Below are positions 1 through 13,769 of a stretch of 64,000 nt of DNA, one piece after another. Source of the stretch: Nageia nagi (lineage: Eukaryota > Plantae > Pinophyta). The stretch covers positions 36,952,001 through 37,016,000 of the forward strand of contig JBITNC010000002.1 in the NCBI GenBank assembly GCA_050084985.1, read 5' to 3'. Position numbers and translations under genes: made by a program. The notes below the pieces were generated by a model. That model ran no database searches. It worked only from the letters and a program-made list of their open reading frames with translations, and was not told where the DNA came from. Numbering within the stretch: position 1 is the first letter of the stretch; each line of letters opens with the position of its first letter.

Positions 1-634
1 AAATCAAACAACTATGAACATCAATCACACAATGAGAGACACAAGAGATAACGTGGTTCACCCAATGTAGGCTACATCCACGGAGAAGCTTTCAACCCTT
101 TTGCATAACATTCTTCCAAGTCCTCCAAGCAACAAACTAGCAGCACAACCTTGCTACAACCTTCACTTTGGAGCTACAACAAAGCCTCACTACAATCTCT
201 CTCTCTCTCAGGCTATCTACATAAGCCACCAAACTACAATTACAAGCAACTCACAACTGCTGCTAAAACTACTTACAAACTTCAATCTCTATGCCTCAAC
301 TCAAGCCTCTTATTTATAAATACAAACAAACCCAACTTAAACCCAAGCTAGATTTGGAAGGTCGTGAGGTTACCCCCAACCCTTCAGTAACTCATATCCA
401 AGTGTCATGGCTTCTTGGTAACTAAAATTTGGTGTCAAATGAGAAAAGAAATGCTCTCTATTTTTAGCCAGTGCCCTGCAGATCAGTTAGCTTTATTGGA
501 TCGGTATCCTTCAGATCAACTAGCACTAGCAGGTCAATCTCTTAGCCAGTTGGCCGATTGATTGGTCGATTGGCTGGTTCTGACAGGGTCTGGCCAGCTG
601 GTTGGTCGGCTAGCTGTAGTCTCCATTTTCAACA
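1..634 (-). mobile_element. LTR of a retrotransposon (runs off window start), inserted in the PPR array
   Basis: Ends in ...TTTTCAACA at 634 (TGTTG start on - strand), after which PPR sequence resumes immediately. Contains GTGGTTCACCCAATGTAGGCTA (53-74), whose reverse complement resembles a motif in the Gypsy LTRs (about 18773-18793). Retains several CpGs. Confidence 0.65.
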
Positions 635-2470
635 TACATAAGGCATGCCAATTATTTGATAAAATGCATGATGCACACATGATTTCATGGACTATAATGA
701 TTGCTAGATATGCAATTCATGGATACAATTGGGATACCCTTAAATTCTTTGATATGAATGAGATTGCAATGATACCAATATACGCATAAAATGGGTTTTT
801 TAAAAGAATTTAAAGACTTTTAAGTAGATGTAATTGTTAGGTATAAAGCCAAACTCTAAAATAATTGCCAACATTCTTAGCATGGGCCATGATGGATCTC
901 TCAAAGAAGGCATGAAAATCCATTAAAGAGTAGTTGCAAGTGGCTTCTCATCGAATGTTGTGGTTGTGAACACCTTGATATACATGTATGAAAAATATGG
1001 AATAATACACAAGAACCAAGAATTTTTTTACAAGATGCATCATAAACACACTATTTCCTAGAATAAAATGATTACATGAATTACAATTCATCACTACAAA
1101 CATGATGCCCTTAAACTCTTTGATCTGACGAGATTAGAATAATCCTAGGATATGCACAAAATGGAATGCCTTAAAAGGATTTACACACTTTTAAGTAGAT
1201 GTAATTATCAAGTATAAATTAAAACTCTAAATAAGTAACTTTTATTGATTTATTCCTAGGATGAATAATTATACACTAATTATTTGATAAGATGCATAAT
1301 CTAGACACAATTTCATGGATTACAATGATCGTATGATATGCATAAAATGGATAAGTTAAAAGGCCCCATGGATTGTTTGATAAAATACCTCATTGATATG
1401 CAATCTCATGGATTGAAATAATCCCAAGATATGTACAAAATAGGTTTTCTAAAAAGGCTCTAGAGACTTTTAAATAGATGCAATTGTTAAATGTAAAGCC
1501 AAACTTTGTAACCTTTTCCAACATTATTCCAACATGTGCCACCATGGAAGCTCTAGAATAAGGTATGAACATCTATCAAATAGTAGTTGAAATTTTTTTT
1601 GCATCAAATGTTATTGTTTTAATTCCTTGATATGAATGTATGCAAAATATGGAAAAATACGAAAGGATAGAGAATTGTTTGATAAAATGCATGATGCAGA
1701 CATAGTTTTTTGAAATGCAATGATTGAAGGATATACAATTCATGTATAAAACAAAGATTCTCTTTAAATATTTAATATTCAAAAGCACTTGGGAAATAAC
1801 ATTAATAAAATAACCTTTGTATGTGTTCTACTTGCATGTAGCCATGTAGATCTAGTAGAATGAGGGCTATAAATACTTTAATAGCTTGAATGACTCTTAT
1901 TGCATTATTCCTAGGATGAATAATTATACACACATTTTTAAGATTCAAAATTCACTTCTAAAATACCCATAAACCCTACATTGGGTGTGTGGATGCATGT
2001 ACTTGGTGCTTGTAAGAATGTTGTGGGTTCATGGAGGCTATCTTGAGGGAGATTCATGAACTTCACTGCCAAAATACCTATGAACCCTAAATTAGATGTG
2101 TGGATGCATGTACTTTGTGCTTGTAAAATTGAATGTTATAATTTGTAAAGGCTATCTTGAGGAATATTTCAAATTTAGTGCCAAATTACCAATAAATACT
2201 AAATTGGGTATGTGGATGTGTCTACTTGGTTCTTGTAATTCAAATGTTAGTGTTGTGAATATTTTGATAGACATATATGAAGAATATCAAAGAATACATA
2301 AGAGTAGAGAAATTGTTTAGTAAGATGCATGACACAAACCTATTTTCTGATTTTAAGATACATATAAAATTGGTTTTCTAAAAAACTTGCATAGACCACA
2401 TGAAAAATGTGGAAGAATACATAAGACCCTAGATTTGTTTGATAAGATGAATTATGCAAACATAGTTTCT
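635..2470 (+). pseudogene. Degenerate PLS-class PPR sequence, higher-order copy 1 (P/L/S motifs, then L2-S2 and repeated E-motif starts)
   Basis: Translated fragments LFDKMHDAHMISWTIMIARYAIHG, ITFVCVLLACSHVDLV (about 1809) and KLPINTKLGMWMCLLGSC. Many stops and frameshifts. Confidence 0.9.
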
Positions 2471-3120
2471 AAAAAATGGAAAAAAATACAAGTGATGAAC
2501 ATATATACAAAATGCTAAAGAATACAAGGTCATAGAAAATGAAAAAATTCAAGGTCATAAATTGATGAATTACCTCTTCTCGCTTTATCTCACCTAGTCT
2601 CCTCTCATCTTGCCATGTAAAATATTCCTTGCTTTCTTCTAACCCCTCAATCGGTAAACTCAAAAATCTCAAATGAAACAAAATTTCTAAGTGCCCACCT
2701 AGTTTTATTTATGCATTTTTTTTAATTAAGTAATGGTTATAATCCACCTCATTAACTTTTTTATGGATGATTTTTAACTGTACCATAAAATTTGTCACTA
2801 AAATTGTAAATTGAGGAGGTTAAAATTGGCTCCCAAAAATTGCTTTAAATTACTCATCTCTAAAGCCCATTTTTGGTCTAATGTCATTGAATCTTGGAAT
2901 TATCACCAAAATAATACAAAGTAATGAAATGATACTATATTACATATTTATACCTCAAATATAATAAAAAAATAATTAAATTACGTGAATTACTTATATA
3001 CCTAAAATATGATTTTTAATTAAATATGAAGTCAACTTGATTAATGCTACTAAATGATAAGAAAGTCCTTCAAGTGTACAAGATATAAAATTCATGGGAT
3101 ACTGTTAAGAAAATGAAAAG

Positions 3121-6100
3121 TCTCTATACATTTTTAACATATGCAATTATTATGTATAAAGCCAAACTCTAAAACCTTTTCCAGCATTCTTACAACATGT
3201 GCCACTATGAAAGCTCTCAAAGAAGGTATGAACATTACTCAAAGAGTAGTTGAAAATGGTTTCACATGAATTATTTTGATTGTGAATACCTTGATAAACA
3301 TGTATGAAAAATGTGTAAGAATACACAAGGATCAAGAATTGCTTAATAAGATGTGTGACACAAATATACTTTCATGGACTGCAATGATAGTAGAATATAT
3401 ATAACATGATGTAGACATAATTTAATAGACTACAATGATTTGTAAGATATGAAAAAAATAGATAATTTTAAAGGGCCCATGAATTATTTAATAAATTACA
3501 TCATCAAGATGCAATCTCATGACATGTAGTGATCCTAAGATATGCATAAAATTGGTTATCTAAAAAGGCTATAGAGGCTTTTAAGTAGATGCAATTGTCA
3601 TATATAAAGCCAGACCCTAAAACCTTTACTAACATTATTATCATGTACCATCATGGAGCTCTCAATGAAGGTATAAAAATCCATCAAAGAGTAGTTGAAA
3701 ATGGCTTCTAATTGAATGTTGTGGTTGTGACCACCTTGACAAACATGTATGCAAAATACATAAGGCCAAAAAATTATTTGATAAAATGCATGATGGACAT
3801 ACAATTTCATGGATTGCAATGATTGTAGCATATGCAATTCATGGTTATAGATGGGATACCTTTAAACTCTTCAATCTGATGAGACTACAATGATCCCATG
3901 ATATGCATAAAATGGGTTATATGAAAAGGATTTAAAGAATTTTAAGTAGATGCAATTGTCAAGTTTAAATCCAATCTTTGAAACCTATGCTAGCATTCTT
4001 ATCATTTACCACTATGTAGCTATCAAAGAAGTTAGGAAAATCCATCAAAGAGTAGTTGAAAATGGTTTCTCAATAAATTTTATGGTTTTGAATACCTTGA
4101 TAAATATGTGTGCAAAATATGAAGAATACACAAGACTTGGGAACTATTTAACAACATGCATGATGCAAATAGTTTCTTGGAATACATTGTTTATAGAATA
4201 TGGAATTCATGGATACATATGGGATACCCTTAAACTCTTTGATCTAATAAGACTATAATGATCCTAAGATATGCAAAAAATGGGTTTTCTAAAAAAGTTC
4301 TAGAGACTTTTAAACAGATGTACTTGCTAGGTATAAAGAAAAACTCTAAACTCTTTGCCACCATTCTTAGAATGTGCCACCATGTAGCTCTTTTATAAGG
4401 TATGAACATCCATCAAAGAGTAGTTAAAAAAGGATTTCAATCAAATGTTGTGTTTATAAATGTATGCAAAATATGGAAGAATACTCAAGGCCTAGGAATT
4501 ATTTCATAAGATGCATGATGCACATACAATTTCATGGATTGCAATGATTGTAAGACATGCAATTCATAATAATAACTGGGATTCCCTTAAACTCTTTGAT
4601 CTAATTAGAATACCATAATCCTAAGATATGAATGAAATGGATTATTTAAAAAGTATCTAGATACTTTTAAGTAGATAAGATTTTTAAATATAAAGCTAAA
4701 CTCTAAAACTTTGCCAACATTCTTAGCATGTGTCACACATGTGCTACCATGGAGCTCTTGAATAAGGTATGAAAATCAATCAAAGAGAAGTTAAAAAAGT
4801 ATTCTCATCAAATGTTTTAGTTGTGACCATCTTGATCAAAATGTATGCAAAATATATAAGAATAACACACATATTTTCATGGACTGCAATGATTGTAGGA
4901 TATGTAATTAATGGCTATAACTAAGATGACCTTAAAATATTTGATTAGATGAGATTTAAAAGATCCTAGTATATGGTTAAAATGGGTTGTTTAATAAAAA
5001 TTCTAGATACTTTTAAGTAGATACAATTACTAGGTATAAATCCAAACTCTGAAACCTTTAATAACATTCTTAGCATGTTCTACCATGGATCTCTTAAATA
5101 AGGTATGAACATCCATCAAAGAGTAGTTAAAAATGGATTCTCATTGAATATTATATTTGTGAACACCTTGATAGACATGTATGCAAAATATGGAAGAATA
5201 CACAAGGCTAAATAATTGTTTGAGAAGATGCATGATGCACACATGGTTTCATGGACTACAATAATTTTAGGATATGCAATTCATGGCTACACTCGATATG
5301 CCTTAAACTTATTGATTAGATGAGACTACAAAATGGATTATCTAAAAAAAGCTTCAAAGAATTTTAAGTAGATGCAATTATTAGGTATAAAGCTAAACTC
5401 TAAAACCTTTACTAGTATTCATAGCTTGTTCCACCTTGGAGCTTTCGAAGAAGGTATGAAAATATATCTAATAGAAGTTTAAAATATATTCTCATTGAAT
5501 GTTATGTTTATGATCATCCTCTTAGACATGTATGTAAAATATAAAATAATACACATGGCTCAAGAATTGTTTGATAAGATGCATGATGCACACATGTTTT
5601 CATGGACTGCAATGTTTGTAGGATATGTAATTCATGGTTATAAGTGGGATTCCCTTAAAATATTTGATATGATGAGACTAAAATGATCTCAAGATATGCA
5701 TAAAATGGGTTTTCTTAAAAGGATTTAGACACTTTTAAGTAGATGCAATTATCGGGTATAAAGATAAGCTCTTAAACCTTTGCCAATATTCTTAGCATGT
5801 GCCACTATGGAGCTCTCAAAGCCTATATGAACATCCATCAAAGAGTAGTTGAAAATGGATTCTCATAAAATTTTATGGTTTTGACCACCTTGATAGACAC
5901 GTACGTAAAATGTGGAAGAATACTCAAGGCCTAGTAATTATTTGATAGGATGCATGATGCACATAAGGTTTCATAGATTGCAATCATTGTACTATATGCA
6001 ATTCATGGATATAGCTAGGAAACCCTTAAACTATTTGATATGATGAGAACAAAATGATCCCAAGATATGCATAAAATGGGTTGTCTAAAAAGGCTCTAGA

Positions 6101-7384
6101 GAATTTTAAGTAGATGTAATTATCAAGAATAAAGCCAAAATCTGAAATCTTTTCTTGCATTATTAGCATGTGCCACCATGGAGCTCTTGAAGAAGGTATG
6201 AAAATACATCAAAGAGTAGTTGAAAATGGCTTCTCATAGAACTTATGGTTGTGATCACCTTGATAGACATGTATGAAAAATGTGGAAGTATACATAAGGC
6301 CTAGGAATTATTTGACAAGATGCATGATGCACACATAGTTTCATAGACTTTAATGATTATAGGATATGAAATTTATGGCTATAGTTGGGATGGATTTAAT
6401 CTCTTTTATCTGATGAGATTGCAATGATCATAGGATATGAATAAAATGGATTATATAATAAGGATATAGAATTTTAAGTACATGCAATTATTAGGTATAA
6501 AGCCAAACTCACAATTATTAGGTATAAAGCCAAACTCTAAAACCTTTGCCATCATTCTTAGCATGTGGTACTATGGAGTTCTTGAAGAAGGTATGAACAT
6601 ACATAAAAGAGTAGTTGAAAATGGATTCTCATTAAATATTATGGTTGTGACCACCTTGATAAACATGTATGCAAAATATGTAAGAACACACAAGGTTTGA
6701 GAATTGATTGACAAGATGCATGATGCACAAATGGTTTCATGGACTACAATGATTGAGGATATGCAATTCAAGATATAATTTGGTTTTAATTAAACTCTTT
6801 AATTTGATGAGATTGAAATGATCCCATAATATCCTCAAAATGGATTATTTGAAAAGGCTATAGATACTTTTTAGTAGATGCAATTATAAGGTATAAAGAC
6901 AAACTCTAAAATATTTTCCAACATTCTTAACATGTGCCACCATGGAGCTCTTGAAGAAGGTATGAAAATACATCAAAGAGTAGTTGAAAATGGATTCTCA
7001 TTGAATATTGTGGGTGTGACCACCTTGATAGAAATGTATGCATAATATGGAATAATACATAAGACCCAAGAATTATTTGACAAGATGCATGATGCACATA
7101 TGATTTCATTGACTACAATGATTACATGAATTACAATTCATGGATACAATTGGTATGCCCTTAAATGCTTTGATATGATGACATTACAATAATCCTAGGA
7201 TATGCACAAAATGGGTTATCTAAAAAGTATTTAAATAATTTTAAGTAGATGCAATTGTCAAATATAAAACAAAACTTTGAATAAGTAAATTTTATTCCAT
7301 TATTCGTAGGATGAATAATTATAGACCAATTGTTTGACAAGATGCATAATATAGACATAGTTTCATAGATTTTAATGATTATAT
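3121..7384 (+). repeat. Tandem array of about 10 PPR-derived ~345-395-bp units (P-L-S plus truncated P2), non-coding
   Basis: A GATATGCA(C/T)AAAATGG-like anchor recurs near 3540, 3900, 4268, 4626, 4970, 5330, 5693, 6065, 6434, 6830 and 7199. ORF fragments include IHQRVVENGF, TLIDMYAK and ELFDKMHDA. Confidence 0.9.
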
Positions 7385-7841
7385 TGTTGGATTTTTGATC
7401 CCTCCAAGACATGGTACTCATTAGGAACAAGTTCATTTGTTTCATCCAATGTGAATAGGTACAACCAATTAAAACCAATTGGTTAACTAGCTAATTCAAA
7501 CTAACTAGCCTACCGGTTACCAACTGATCTACAATACATTGATGCTTATTATACATGGACAAAATATGATATATTTATGGTTTTCCTTCAATTTTTCTTT
7601 ATTGTATGTATTATATCTTAGGTTAATCATTTGTTATACCTGGTAGAACATGTGATGATGTCAATAAACTATCCATACTAATGTTCATATAGATTTGAGT
7701 GTGTTTTGTAGTGATTTGATTGATGTGTGATTTACTTGTGTGATAATAGTCATGTTTGTAATCTAGTTCCAAACTTGGTACTATGAATCATTGTATTTTA
7801 TTTATCTTAATAATAAATCAATATTAATCATTCTCTCATTA
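7385..7841 (+). repeat. Copia 5' LTR
   Basis: Starts TGTTGGATTTTTGA, aligns with 31352-31807, and is followed by PBS-like TGGTCTCATAGTCA (cf. TGGTATCAGAGCCA) at 7842. Confidence 0.88.
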
Positions 7842-7945
7842 TGGTCTCATAGTCAGTTAAATCTTGTAAAAGCTCTTTAAATTTTTTGCATTTCAAAATT
7901 TTTACAGAGCAATATCAAAATTTGATTTGGCAATAGATACACTAA

Positions 7946-10900
7946 TTGAAGATGAAAAATGGTAACAACAATAATAATTTTCCAATCCCAAAATTTAAAG
8001 GAGATAATTATGATTATTGGGCAACAAGAATGAAGCATCTTCTCAGAAGCAAAGGAGTATGGGAGATCATAGACAATGGATATACTGAGCCAACAAATTG
8101 GTATAAACTTAATCAAGCCACTAAGAAAACTATGAGATATTATCAAAACTATAATAGCCAAGTTATCTTACTCTTATGAAAAAATCATATATGAGATCCT
8201 ATTCTCAAGAATAACAAGCTACACCTCAACCAATAATGCTTGGAAAACCCTCAAAAATAGTTTTGAAGGTTACAAGCAAGTCAAGAAGGTGAGACACCAA
8301 ACTCTTAGAATTGAGTTTTAAAACTTAAGGATGAAAGAATATGAAAAAGTTGGTGATTATTATGCTATATACAATGCTTGTGTAGAAAAAATGAGAGCTC
8401 TTAATGAAGAAGTATCTAATGAAGTCATTATGAAAAAAGTGTTGAGAACACTCTTGCCCAAGTGGAATAAAATTGCTATCATCCTTGAAGAGACAAACTA
8501 TGTCTCCACACTTTTATTTGATCAACTCATTGGTTTCCTATTCTCTCATGAAAAGAGAGTTTCTTCAACTCCATATGTTGGGGAAATGGAAGAAAAATCT
8601 TTTTCATCCAAGAAGGGTGAAGTAAGCACAAGTGGGCAAGGTAGAGGACAAGGATCCCAAAGTAAAGGTAGAAGAAGATATCTAATAGGAAGAGAAAGAC
8701 CCATGATAAAAGTAATAAGTAATGTTACTATTGTAACAAATTTAGCCACTAAAAGAATAAGTGTAGAACAAAGGTAGCCAATGAAGCTAGAGTTAGTGTA
8801 CACTATGGGGAAGTAGAAGGGGAATCTCGAACTCTCTTCTTATATTATGGTAAATTTGATCAAAGTGTGGATTCAATATGGATACTTGACACCAGATGCT
8901 CTAATCATATGAATGTAAAGGGAGAATTGTTCATGTCATTGAATAAATCATACAAATCCAAGATCATCCTTGGAGATAATAAATCACTCAATGTTGAAGG
9001 CATTGGATCCATGGAGGTGCCTACCAAGGAGGGAAGCAAAAAGGTAAATGATGTCTATCATATCCCTAATTTGAAATACAACCTTTTGAGTGTTGATCAA
9101 ATTATGGAGCATAATTACTAGCTTATGTTTAAGGATTAAAAAAGTGATATCTTTAATAATAATCATAGTCATAGGCATGTAACCACAATACATATGATAA
9201 AAAAATAGATTGTTCCTGCTCAAATTTGGGGAGAAAAGCACTAATTTTCACCATGTAGTTATAGATAACAAGAATTGGTTACGGTACTTAAGATTTGGAT
9301 ATGTGAACTTTCAAAATATTAAGATGATTTCCTCCAAGGAGATGATATACGAATTATGAACTACCCAAGATTGAAGAGTAAAAATATGCATATGAAGGGT
9401 GTATTTTGGGAAAGCACAAAAGGTCAAAGTTTTTAAGAGGACAAGCATGGAGAGCCTCCTATCCTCTATAATTGGTCTATTTTTATTATTTTGGGCTTAT
9501 GCACATACAAAGAATTAGTAAGAACTCATAATTACTCATTTTTATTGATGATTATTCAATAATGTGTTGTGTTTACTTACTCAAGCATAAAGATGAAGCT
9601 ATTGAATGCTTTAAAAACTTCAAAACCTTTTTGAAAAGAAAAGTGGCTACTATATAAAATGCTTAAGAATTGATAGGAAAGGAGCATAATATTCAATTAA
9701 ATTTTTGCAATATTGTAAAGATTATGGTATGATAAGGAAACTCACAAATGTTTAAATCCCACAATAAAATGGAGTGGTTAAATGTAAAAATAGGATTGTT
9801 CAAAATTTGGCAAGAAGTGTGTTGTAATCTAAAAATTTGCCAAACATTTTTTGGGTTGAAGAAATTAGGAGAATCATCTACATTCTAAGTAGGATTCCTA
9901 CTTCAAGCTTGGAAGGTATAACACCATATGAAACTTAGTTTGAAATAAAGCTAAATGTATCACAATTTAGAATTTTTGGTTGTCCTGCATATGCACATAT
10001 TCACAACGAATATAGAAAAAATCTTGATGTCAAATTTGAAGCATGTATTTTCATAGGCTATTATGAAGATACAAAAGGTTATAGAATCTCTAGTCCAAAA
10101 ACTCACAAAGCTATTATTTCTATAGAGATGTGATTATTGATGAAGGGGGAGCATGGGTTCATCAAAAGATCTCCATTGATGGTGATTCCATAGAATAAAG
10201 CTCTCTAAATGAACCAAGAAAAGATCATCCCAACCAAACAAAGCCACCAAGTTCTCCTCAAAATAGTCTTCAAGAGACCAAGTAAGTTTTTCAAGGCCTT
10301 TCCCAAGATCTCCTTCAACACCAAGTGATAGAATATCACTAGAAAAGGTAAAAGAAAGTATTGGTAAATGGAAAAGAATTCTTACTAGCCATCCAAAAAC
10401 TAAAAAGTTGGATAAAAATTTCCTTGGAAGAACCATAATATCCCAATCTAAATAAATGGATAATTTTGTTTACAAGCTCCAAAACTTGCAATTGTATGGT
10501 GATGAGGATGATGGTGAATCAAAGGGGATGCAGTAAGTTATGATTTAATATCTTTGAATGATTTATAGCCTTGTAATTTTGAGTACGCATACACTAAAAA
10601 TTTTTGGATGAAGGAAATGGAGGATGAGATGAATTTCATCAAGAAGAATGATAAATGGGAGCTTGTTGAGATTCCAAGAGAAAACAAGGTTGTAGGCTCT
10701 AAATGGGTCTATAAAACTAAATATAATACTAATGAAACAATTCAAAGACTCAAAGAAAGGATCATTGTAAAGGGATTCACGTAAAAATATGGTATAGACT
10801 ATGAGGAGACCTTTGCACATGTGGTTAGGCAAGAAACCATGGAAATGGTCCTTTCATTGGCATGCCTTAAAGGATGAAGTGTACACCATCTGGATGTAAA

Positions 10901-11801
10901 TAGTATACTTTTGAATGGCTATCTTGATGAGGAGGTTTATGTGCAACAACCTAAAGGTTTTAATATAGAAGGAAAACAAGACCATGTCTAACATTGAATA
11001 AGGTACTATATGGACTCAAACAAGCTCCAAGATCTTGGTACTCATGTATTGATAGATACTTCCATCAAGTTGGCTTTCTAAGGAGCAAAAGTGAGCCAAC
11101 TCTTTACTTCAAGAAGGAAGGTAATTAAAGTAATGACATTATTCTTGTTTTATTTTATGTTTATGAATTAATTTATTTAGGAAGTAATCCTAAAATAAAT
11201 GATGAATTTAAAAATTCAATGATGAAAGAATTTGAGATGAAGGACCTTGGTTTAATGCACTACTTCCTCCACATGGAAGTACATAAACAAAATGATGAGA
11301 TCATTGTATGTCAAACCAAATATACCAAAGATATGTTAAAAAGGTTGGCATGTATAATTGTAAATATGTTGCAACACCAATTACTCATGGAGCATTGTTG
11401 AGAAAAGATGATGGGATTGATAAGGTAGACATAATCTCATATAGAAGCATGGTAAGGAGTCTCATATTTCTCACCAATACTATACTTGATATAGCATGTT
11501 ATATTTCACTTTTGTATAGATATATGAGTGAGCCATAAAAATCACACCTAAAGAAAACCAAAAGGATACTTAGATATATGATGTTGTAAAACTTATGGGT
11601 CGTAATGATTCCAATTAGGGTAGCAATATAGATGATAGCAAGTCCACATCCTGTAATTATTTCAAACTTGGTTATTGTATGATTACTTGGTCATCTAAAA
11701 AGCAAACTATAGTTGCATTATCATCCACAAAGGATGAGTATATTGCAACCATAATTTCTAGTGCACAAGCATTATGGTTGAGGAAGCTACTATAAAAGAT
11801 T
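7946..11801 (+). pseudogene. Copia gag-pol polyprotein remnant
   Basis: Gag FKGDNYDYWATRMK and KKVLRTLLPKWN, zinc knuckle CYYCNKF..H (about 8723), protease WILDTRCSNHM, integrase EGCILGKH (about 9394), RT MMKEFEMKDLGLMHYFL, start of RNase H ITWSSKKQTIVALSS. Many stops. Confidence 0.92.
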
Positions 11802-13769
11802 TGAAATATCTTATTTTCTAATACAAAATAGAACTCTTATTTAATACTAGTTTTTGTTTATAAACAAAATATTACATGTTTAGGCTTGAACAATTTAATA
11901 ACCATTTCATTCAAATATAAATCAAGTGTGAAACTTTACATTTTTACAATGTTTAACATTCATACCAATACAAAGGTAATCACATTTTTTATATAATTAT
12001 TAAACATAACAATATATTCCTTTAAAACATAATGAAGGAAAATAAATACACATTTCTATTACAAAATTTGACATATGTTTAGATATAAAAGTATATCTCA
12101 TTTTCATCAAGTATATGCATGAATAATTTCCCTTTACAAATTATTAAAAAAAAAATAACTTATTAGTATAAAATTATATTTCCATACTAAGCCTCCATTT
12201 TCTTCACCATCCTCAAACTTTCTTGTACCATTCCTGACCTACTAACCACTTTTGAGATAAGTAATTTTTTAGGATTAGAACCAAATATTCAAATGAGATG
12301 CATAAATAATTAAAACTTATGCATTACTATTATTTTTCAAACAAGATATGTATGACACAATTTTCAACAATCATATGATACATACTTGGTATGATATAGA
12401 ATTCAAATTTGATGCACTCTTAGCACTCATGCATCCTACAATGCACAAATATCAGTTATGCATCAAATAAATATTATCAACATTAGAATCATTATAATTA
12501 ATTTGTGAGCTCATCATCTTACAATGCCTCCTTGTTCAAATATATAAAATAATATTACAAATATAATCAAGTGATATACATAAGATCAAGAATAGAACAA
12601 GAATCATATAAATCTTAATTCCTAGATTAAAGTTGTATAATCAAATCATTTTCAAAAAATTCAATAATCATTAGTTAATACTCATACCTTGTTTCATTAG
12701 CATACTACCCTATGCCAATGAATACTCCTCATCCTTTCTTAACAATCCACTCTTAAACCAACTTGTTTAAGAATGCTTCCAAATCAATAGGCCATTCATA
12801 ACTTACCTAAAATACATTTTTTTGATTTGAAAACATACACCCATAACTTATAATTCACATTCATTAACTACTCTATGGATGATGTCTTCATGTTCTCTTT
12901 TCTTCATTAAAAAATATAGACATACATGTAACATCAAGACAAGAATCAAGGACCTATCATTGTAGCATACTTCCCTATGCCAAAAAGATATATCAACCTT
13001 TAATTCTTCACATATTCAACTACACAATTATTATACTTACTTTCGTAATAAGGTATCCAAAAGTATACATTGTGCCTTATTATAAAACTTCTCTTAGTAA
13101 ACACTTTTACCCATAATAAATCATAAAATATAGTTTGTTAATGAGGATAATCAGATATTGAAAATTTACCTTTCCCAATATTATGATCATATCCATATTC
13201 ATGCATATAATATTTAGAAGTTTATATATTTATAGCATTGTGAATACTTCATTTGTGTCACATATTCACCTTATGCTAACAATCCTTAGCTTATTTAGAT
13301 CAAAAGAATTCATTCCATATATGCTTCTTTGCATAAAAATGCTTCTATAATCAAATAATAACAAATGAATAATATCAAAATAATGTAATAATTTTTTAAT
13401 TCCATCATAAAGATCACACATTTTAAGAATTATATATTATTTTCATAAATATTATAACCATGTCATGATTAAATATCCTACTTGATGTTATGATGATAAT
13501 AAATTAATATCATAAAAGGATATCATATCATTTAACAATTATTTGGTCTAATAATATTATAGGTTAATTTAAATCAAACTATGATATAAACTTAACATTA
13601 ACATATTAACCTTTGTAATTTATTTATAGCTCAAAATTTTATTTGAACATATTAATCTTACAAGCTTAAGTTATTGACATAGAATAACATTTAACTATGT
13701 CATTTTAAGTCACAATTATTCTTTTAAGTATTTAATTTTTTTGCCTAAATATTTAATCTCCATTAAATA

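Noticed and set aside
635-7384. Functional PPR RNA-editing factor
   Set aside because: Stops or frameshifts in every unit, no long ORF and no DYW domain.
12688-12806. Minus-strand exon-like segment in the unclassified insert
   Set aside because: Contains stops, splice signals are ambiguous and no protein family is recognisable.
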